DNA of 64,000 nt from Syntrophomonadaceae bacterium (GTDB taxonomy: Bacteria; Bacillota; Syntrophomonadia; Syntrophomonadales; Syntrophomonadaceae). The notes below the pieces were generated by a model. The model was not told the origin of the DNA, made no database searches, and worked only from the letters and a program-made list of their open reading frames with translations. The DNA lies in the NCBI GenBank assembly GCA_012511795.1, contig JAAZFJ010000162.1, forward strand, positions 66-64,065, written 5' to 3'. Positions 57,681 through 64,000 of the stretch are shown one piece after another (position 1 is the stretch's first letter; each line of letters starts with the position of its first letter). A program made the translations under genes and the position numbers.

Positions 57681-58147
57681 TGAAGAAATTATTATTTGTC
57701 TGTTCAGGTAATACTTGCAGAAGTCCAATGGCAAAAGTAATTTTTCAGCAGCTTCTGAGTGACAAGAATAACATTAATATAACAGCAGATTCAGCTGGAT
57801 TATTTACCAGCCCAGGATTACCAGCTTCTGACTCAGCCATAAGAGTGATGTTTGATATGGGACTTGACTTATCCAGTCACTCCAGTCAAGTAATCAATGA
57901 GTCTTTGATGACAGAGGCCGATTTAGTTCTTACTATGACCAGAGAACAACGATTATATTTAGCTGGACAGTTTCCGAAAAAAGAGTACAAAATATTTACC
58001 CTTGGACAGTTTATAGGCCAAACTGATCGGGATATAGAGGACCCCTACGGGAGGAGCTTGGAAATGTACAGAAAAAGCAGTCAGGAAATAAAGGAAATTC
58101 TTATCAAAGTTATGAATAAATTACTGGATGATAAAACTGCCGATTGA
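57680..58147 (+). CDS. ywlE: Low-molecular-weight protein phosphatase (YwlE-like protein arginine phosphatase)
   Basis: It has P-loop CSGNTCRS and a DP motif (IEDPYG). It occupies the syntenic position between mntP and rpiB. Confidence 0.8.
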   Translation: MKKLLFVCSGNTCRSPMAKVIFQQLLSDKNNINITADSAGLFTSPGLPASDSAIRVMFDMGLDLSSHSSQVINESLMTEADLVLTMTREQRLYLAGQFPKKEYKIFTLGQFIGQTDRDIEDPYGRSLEMYRKSSQEIKEILIKVMNKLLDDKTAD

Positions 58148-58156
58148 GGTGTGATA

Positions 58157-58603
58157 ATGGAATTTGTAATAGGTTGTGACCATGCCGGGTTTGAGTTAAA
58201 GAATGAAATAATCAATACTTTTAAGGTGCGTGGGTATAATGTAATAGATTGTGGTACATATTCGGAGGAATCAGTTGATTACCCTGATTATGCGGAATCC
58301 GTTGCAGCTATTGTCTTAGAAAAAAAAATTCCCGGGATATTAATTTGCGGCTCCGGTATCGGTATTTCCATTGCTGCAAATAAAGTTCCTGGTATCCGGG
58401 CCGCACTATGTACCAATGAATATACAGCAAGACTGGCACGCCAGCATAATGATGCCAATATTTTGGCGATTGGTGCCCGAATAACCGCGGCAGGCTTTGC
58501 ATTGGAAATAGTGGATACATTTATTAAAACTGAATTTGAGGCAGGTAGACATAGCAAGAGAATAGAAAAGATTCATTTATTAGAAAAAACCGAAAGGAGT
58601 TAA
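58157..58603 (+). CDS. rpiB: Ribose-5-phosphate isomerase B
   Basis: ATG 58157 follows GAGGTG. It has [11 protein letters not shown] and [13 protein letters not shown]. Confidence 0.9.
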   Translation: MEFVIGCDHAGFELKNEIINTFKVRGYNVIDCGTYSEESVDYPDYAESVAAIVLEKKIPGILICGSGIGISIAANKVPGIRAALCTNEYTARLARQHNDANILAIGARITAAGFALEIVDTFIKTEFEAGRHSKRIEKIHLLEKTERS

Positions 58604-58607
58604 CCCA

Positions 58608-59855
58608 GTGGACTATATTGAAAAATATGTAAAGCCAATTGACCCGGAAGTAGCACAGGCCATAGAAAATGAGGAGAAAAGACAGAATAATAAAATTGAA
58701 TTAATTGCTTCTGAAAACTTTGTCTCCCGCGCAGTAATGGCTGCTCAAGGTTCAGTTATGACGAATAAATATGCAGAAGGATACTCAGGAGCCAGATATT
58801 ATGGGGGCTGCGAATTTGTTGATGTAGTAGAAACCTTGGCCATTGAAAGAGTGAAGCAGATTTTTGGCTGTGAACATGCTAATGTACAAGCCCATTCAGG
58901 CGCCCAGGCTAATACTGCGGTATATTTTGCCTGTGTTCAGCCAGGTGATACTATCCTGGGTATGAATCTCAGTCACGGCGGGCATTTAACCCATGGCAGT
59001 AAAGTGAATTTTTCCGGAAAATATTTTAACTTTTATGGCTATGAGGTGGAACCCGAAACAGAGAGAATAAATTATGAGAATATTGCTCAAATGGCACGAG
59101 AAGTTAAACCAAAACTGATCGTAGCTGGTGCCAGTGCTTATCCGAGAGTTATTGATTTTCAAAAATTTCGCCAGATTGCTGATGAGGTGGGGGCATTGCT
59201 TTTTGTAGATATGGCACATATAGCAGGTTTAGTAGCAGCCGGTCTTCATCCCAGTCCAATCCCCTATGCAGATTTTGTAACCACCACCACCCATAAAACA
59301 TTACGCGGGCCCCGCGGCGGGCTTATAATGTGCAAGGAAGAATGGGGCCAGAAAATAGACAAGGCTATTTTCCCCGGCATTCAGGGCGGCCCTCTTATGC
59401 ATGTGATTGCAGCCAAAGCCGTTTGTTTTAAAGAGGCTCTAAGTGAAGAGTTTAAACAGTACCAAAAGGCGATTTATGATAATGCTCAGGCTTTAGCAGC
59501 GTCACTTACGGAATTGGGATTAAGACTGGTTTCGGGTGGTACCGATAATCATCTGATGCTGGTTGATGTACGGCCTTCCGGATTAAACGGTAAACAGGCT
59601 GAAGCAATATTGGAATCTGTAAATATAACTGTTAACAAAAATGCTATCCCTTTCGATCCCGAAAAACCTACTGTAACCAGCGGCATAAGAATAGGTACGC
59701 CGGCAGTTACCACTCGGGGAATGAATACTGCTGATATGAAAATGATCGCTCAGGCTATGGTCAGTGCACTACAGAATCCTGAAAATGAAAAAGCAATGGA
59801 CGAATCCCGACATATAGTGGAAAACTTATGTAAGAAATACCCTTTATACAGTTAA
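58608..59855 (+). CDS. glyA: Serine hydroxymethyltransferase
   Basis: It has ELIASENF and PLP-Lys context [14 protein letters not shown]. Confidence 0.95.
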   Translation: MDYIEKYVKPIDPEVAQAIENEEKRQNNKIELIASENFVSRAVMAAQGSVMTNKYAEGYSGARYYGGCEFVDVVETLAIERVKQIFGCEHANVQAHSGAQANTAVYFACVQPGDTILGMNLSHGGHLTHGSKVNFSGKYFNFYGYEVEPETERINYENIAQMAREVKPKLIVAGASAYPRVIDFQKFRQIADEVGALLFVDMAHIAGLVAAGLHPSPIPYADFVTTTTHKTLRGPRGGLIMCKEEWGQKIDKAIFPGIQGGPLMHVIAAKAVCFKEALSEEFKQYQKAIYDNAQALAASLTELGLRLVSGGTDNHLMLVDVRPSGLNGKQAEAILESVNITVNKNAIPFDPEKPTVTSGIRIGTPAVTTRGMNTADMKMIAQAMVSALQNPENEKAMDESRHIVENLCKKYPLYS

Positions 59856-59871
59856 CTTGATTGGGGAAAAA

Positions 59872-60324
59872 ATGAGTAAATCGATAAGACCCGGTTGGGA
59901 AGAATACTTCTTACAAGTAGCAGATCTGGTGGCCAGCCGTTCCACTTGTCTTCGCAGGCAGGTAGGAGCAGTACTGGTGCGCGATGAACGAATCATAGCT
60001 ACCGGATATAATGGTGCACCAAGGGGTATTGGTCATTGCTTGGACATCGGTTGTCTGCGGGATGAAATGGGTATTCCTTCGGGTGAACGTTATGAATTAT
60101 GCAGGGGGGTTCATGCAGAACAAAATGCCATAATAAGTGCGGCTTATTATGGCGTACCCACCCAGAATGCTGTTTTGTATTGTACAAATCAGCCCTGTAT
60201 AATTTGTGCACGGATGATAATAAATGCTGGTATAATTAAGGTGGTTCACCGGGGCAACTTTGTTGATGACTTGGCATTGGATTTTATGGAAGAAGCAGGT
60301 ATAGAGCTGGTAATTAGAAAATAA
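59872..60324 (+). CDS. dCMP deaminase-type cytidine/deoxycytidylate deaminase
   Basis: It has zinc motifs HAEQNAI and PCIICARMI. The N-terminus [21 protein letters not shown] is typical of ComEB/dCMP deaminases. Confidence 0.8.
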   Translation: MSKSIRPGWEEYFLQVADLVASRSTCLRRQVGAVLVRDERIIATGYNGAPRGIGHCLDIGCLRDEMGIPSGERYELCRGVHAEQNAIISAAYYGVPTQNAVLYCTNQPCIICARMIINAGIIKVVHRGNFVDDLALDFMEEAGIELVIRK

Positions 60325-60356
60325 AATCATATTATCATCAGGTGAAAGGAAAAGAT

Positions 60357-60698
60357 ATGGATACAAAAACTTTGTCCTTACCCAAATTAAACCGATTAAG
60401 TCCTAATTTGGAGTCTACTGCCTTAAAGCTGATGGAGGAAGCAGGAGAACTGGCCCAGGCAATAGGCAAATACCGAGGGCTAAGTGGTGAAAAAATTTGT
60501 TTCGATGAAGATACGGTGATCAAAGAGATAGCCAAAGAGTTGCTGGATGTGGCACAGACGGCCATTACCATGATGTTTGTCATGGAGGAAGATTTTGGTG
60601 TAGATGTTGACTCTTTATTAAGAGAACATTGGGCTAAGTTAGAACGTAAAGGCTATCTGGAAATAGATTATTCAAATAATTTACCCCACATTAAATAG
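60357..60698 (+). CDS. MazG-like nucleotide pyrophosphohydrolase domain protein
   Basis: Small all-alpha protein with LMEEAGELAQA (EExxE) and ELLDVAQTAI. Confidence 0.6.
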   Translation: MDTKTLSLPKLNRLSPNLESTALKLMEEAGELAQAIGKYRGLSGEKICFDEDTVIKEIAKELLDVAQTAITMMFVMEEDFGVDVDSLLREHWAKLERKGYLEIDYSNNLPHIK

Positions 60699-60857
60699 GG
60701 TTTTTATGACAAAATCACTGAATATTCCGAATTATCAACGATAGTTTTCTATACATGTAAGGTATTTTTCATTGAGTAAAAAAGGATTTTAGTTTTTCAT
60801 GACGAATACCAAACTAGGTCATCGAAAGAATAAAACATAGTTAGAAGAGGTGAATAA

Positions 60858-61109
60858 ATGCCTCAACAAAATAAACATTGGGCTAGATCACTCAGTGATG
60901 CGCTAAATTTAACAACGACCATTGTAGCGGCAGTAGCCGTAGGGTATTTTGCCGGGAAATGGCTGGATGGAAAGTTTGATACCGAACCATGGCTAACAGT
61001 GGCTGGTTTTTTGTTGGGGTTGGCAACTGCATTTAAAGTAATCTGGGAAAGAATGAATGCAGATCAAAAAAATACGGTAAAGGAATACAAAAAAAATGAT
61101 AAACCTTAG
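60858..61109 (+). CDS. AtpZ/AtpI-family small membrane protein of the F-ATPase operon
   Basis: 83-aa two-TM protein directly upstream of atpB. ATG follows AGAGGTGA. Confidence 0.65.
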   Translation: MPQQNKHWARSLSDALNLTTTIVAAVAVGYFAGKWLDGKFDTEPWLTVAGFLLGLATAFKVIWERMNADQKNTVKEYKKNDKP

Positions 61110-61226
61110 TTAAAATTGAAGTCATCCAAAGTTTATGCTTTGGTTGAAAGTTTTTGGGCAGTCTTTGGGGAGGGACTGGACGGAAACTATAGTGTTTAAA
61201 TCCAATTTAGGAAGGGGGGAAAAAGA

Positions 61227-61910
61227 ATGATATTTGGTATGCACGATGGTGTCCTGTTTAATATTGGCCCGATTCCTGTTGATCATCTGGTTGTTACACA
61301 ATGGGTAATTATAGCTTTATTAGGCACTATTGCATTTTTTGCTACTAGGAATATGCAGGAAGTACCTCGTGGATTACAAAATGCTTTTGAAGCAATTATT
61401 ACCTGGGCCAACGATTTCTTCACTCAATTGATGGATAAACCGCATGTCGCCAAAAAATGGGCCCCATTGCTTACCACTTTTTTCTTGTTTATTCTGGTAA
61501 GCAATTATAGTGGACTCCTTCCTGGTTCTGCTACTGTTGACGGATTCCAACCGCCGACCAGTAACTGGAATGTCACCATGACTTTAGCCTTGATTACTTT
61601 TTTCTCTATTCATGTGGCCGGTTTCGCGGAACACAGCTTGCATTATTTTGGGCATTTCGTCAGCCCCAGCCCACTAATGTTACCATTAAATCTTGTGGAA
61701 GAAGTGGCGCATCCGCTTTCCCTGACAGTCCGTCTATTCGGAAATATTTTTGGTGAAGAAATGGTAATTGCCTATTTGCTGTTCTTAGCACCATTTGTTG
61801 TTCCGGCAGCGATCATGGGGTTAAGTTTACTATTAGGAGCAATTCAGGCAATTGTATTCACAATTTTGTCGGCCAGCTATATAGCGGCGGCATCTGGAGA
61901 AGGTCATTAG
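61227..61910 (+). CDS. atpB: F0F1 ATP synthase subunit a
   Basis: It has the essential Arg context LSLTVRLFGNIFGEE. Confidence 0.9.
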   Translation: MIFGMHDGVLFNIGPIPVDHLVVTQWVIIALLGTIAFFATRNMQEVPRGLQNAFEAIITWANDFFTQLMDKPHVAKKWAPLLTTFFLFILVSNYSGLLPGSATVDGFQPPTSNWNVTMTLALITFFSIHVAGFAEHSLHYFGHFVSPSPLMLPLNLVEEVAHPLSLTVRLFGNIFGEEMVIAYLLFLAPFVVPAAIMGLSLLLGAIQAIVFTILSASYIAAASGEGH

Positions 61911-61947
61911 ACAATTTATTTTTATTAATTTTTAGCTCAATGTATAA

Positions 61948-62196
<249 letters not shown>

Positions 62197-62237
62197 GCAG
62201 AACACAGCAACCTTATACCACCTGGATTTAGATTTGT

Positions 62238-62284
62238 GGGCGATAGGGCACCTGTCTATCAGGCAGTACCAAGCTCTATCGCCT
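62238..62284 (+). promoter_or_regulatory. Structured element in the 128-nt atpE-atpF spacer
   Basis: GGCGATAG (62239-62246) pairs with CTATCGCC (62276-62283) and the stem is extendable by G-U and G-C pairs. It encloses an inner CCTG-tctat-CAGG hairpin. Confidence 0.45.
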
Positions 62285-62324
62285 CAAATACTATTTTGTA
62301 GTAAAGATTGGAGGTAGCACATCC

Positions 62325-62942
62325 GTGATAAGGGATAAAAGGTTTTATTTATCGGTCCTCCTTTTAACCATGGTTATGGTCCTGGGATTTGCCACCTTCT
62401 GCATGGCTGCATCAGGAAGCGGAGCTATTCCTGAACCTGCAGGGGAGACACCTGTATTTGGAAACTTTTTTGTAATTGGTTGGACAGCAGTAAACTTTTT
62501 CGTATTGCTGGCTTTGCTGTATAAATTCGCATTCAATCCTATAAACGCTATGCTGGATCAAAGAACCACTACAATCGAAAGTTCCTTAAAACATGCAGAG
62601 GAAGTAAGAATAGAAGTAGAACAAATGAAGAAAGAAACCCAGGCTAATCTTGCTGAATCACGTAAAGAAGCTCAGGAGATCGTTGCCAGAGCAACTAAAG
62701 CGGCTGAGGACGCAAAAACAGAAATTATAAATAAAGCACGTGAGGAAGCCGATAATTATAAGATAAAGGCCAAAGCAGAAATTGAAGCCGCAACAGAACA
62801 AGCGAAAATGGAATTAAAAGATACTTCTGCCGCACTAGCCATCATGGCAGCGGAAAAGTTATTAGGCAGAGCTATTACTGAGGAAGATCATAAGAAGATG
62901 GTCGATCAATTTGTTAATGAAGCAGGAGACATGCTATGTTAA
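62325..62942 (+). CDS. atpF: F0F1 ATP synthase subunit b (with long hydrophobic N-terminal extension)
   Basis: It has the coiled-coil b-subunit body AFNPINAMLDQRT...AEEVR... GTG 62325 lies 11 nt after GGAGG, so the start is uncertain. Confidence 0.8.
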   Translation: MIRDKRFYLSVLLLTMVMVLGFATFCMAASGSGAIPEPAGETPVFGNFFVIGWTAVNFFVLLALLYKFAFNPINAMLDQRTTTIESSLKHAEEVRIEVEQMKKETQANLAESRKEAQEIVARATKAAEDAKTEIINKAREEADNYKIKAKAEIEAATEQAKMELKDTSAALAIMAAEKLLGRAITEEDHKKMVDQFVNEAGDMLC

Positions 62943-63484
62943 ACAAGAGCGTCGCTAGGCGCTATGCTGAAGCTTTCTTTAGCATTGCCCGGGAAGCAGA
63001 AAAAATCGACGAGTTTCAACTGGAACTGCAGGCAGTAGTCGATACCATCAAAGAGGTAGAGAACCTGCAAGAGTATTTCAGCCATTTACTTATTCCTGCC
63101 AAAGAAAAGAAGGAAATTGCCGCTAAAATATTTAAAGGCAAGATTTCTCCTATGACTTTGAACTTTCTGATGATGGTGCTTGACAAACGTCGTCAGGCTT
63201 ATTTGGAAAGTATACTCGAGGAATATAAGGATATGGCAAATGAAGTGAAGAATATCACTAAAGCAGATCTTATTTCAGCCCAGGAGGTCCCGGAAGTGGA
63301 AGTAAAATCACTTCAAGAAAAACTTTCCGCTTCAACAGGGAAAACGGTACAGTTGAAACAAACAGTCGATCCTTCGCTGTTAGGCGGAATCAAGATACGA
63401 ATAGGCGACCAGATAATGGACGGTACAATTGCCAAGAAACTGGAAATGCTAAAGACGCAATTAAAACAAGCAAAGATAAGTTAA
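62936..63484 (+). CDS. atpH: F0F1 ATP synthase subunit delta (OSCP)
   Basis: VARRYAEAFFSIA...LGGIKIRIGDQIMDGT. It overlaps the atpF end by 7 nt. Confidence 0.9.
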   Translation: MLNKSVARRYAEAFFSIAREAEKIDEFQLELQAVVDTIKEVENLQEYFSHLLIPAKEKKEIAAKIFKGKISPMTLNFLMMVLDKRRQAYLESILEEYKDMANEVKNITKADLISAQEVPEVEVKSLQEKLSASTGKTVQLKQTVDPSLLGGIKIRIGDQIMDGTIAKKLEMLKTQLKQAKIS

Positions 63485-63505
63485 ACGATAGGGGTGAGCA
63501 TGTAA

Positions 63506-64000
<495 letters not shown>

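Overview
This 64-kb window looks like a chromosomal core region of a low-GC, spore-forming Firmicute, probably a Clostridia or Peptococcaceae-like organism; this is inferred from gene content only. I found no rRNA, CRISPR array, transposase, integrase or phage genes. Nearly all of the window is coding. From about 35 kb onward the gene order closely follows the Bacillus subtilis block rpoE-pyrG ... spo0F-fba-tal-glpX-rho-rpmE ... prfA-prmC-tsaC-mntP-ywlE-rpiB-glyA-atp operon.

The left third carries the end of selB, a liv-type branched-chain amino acid ABC transporter, tRNA-Sec, selD, and the rpsF-ssb-rpsR / yybS-rplI-lon cluster.

The observations most worth a second look are:
- selD has an in-frame TGA (Sec) codon that the ORF track truncates, and selB and tRNA-Sec lie in the same window.
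- A SCIFF six-cysteine peptide and its radical-SAM maturase form a RiPP pair. The real 48-aa precursor is hidden inside a longer spurious ORF.
- Three tandem 55-bp repeats begin inside the 3' end of tRNA-Gly. Related inverted copies lie 4 kb upstream.
- A minus-strand cluster combines a SufS-like desulfurase, a DsrE-like protein and proteins of unknown function.
- Two CoA-transferase genes are tandemly duplicated.
- A leaderless deacetylase-like protein is fused to an FG-GAP beta-propeller.
- An uncharacterised radical-SAM protein sits inside the rho-rpmE block.

I found no convincing defence island or mobile element. Several ORF-track starts appear too far upstream; I give corrected starts where a ribosome-binding site (RBS) and homology logic support them.
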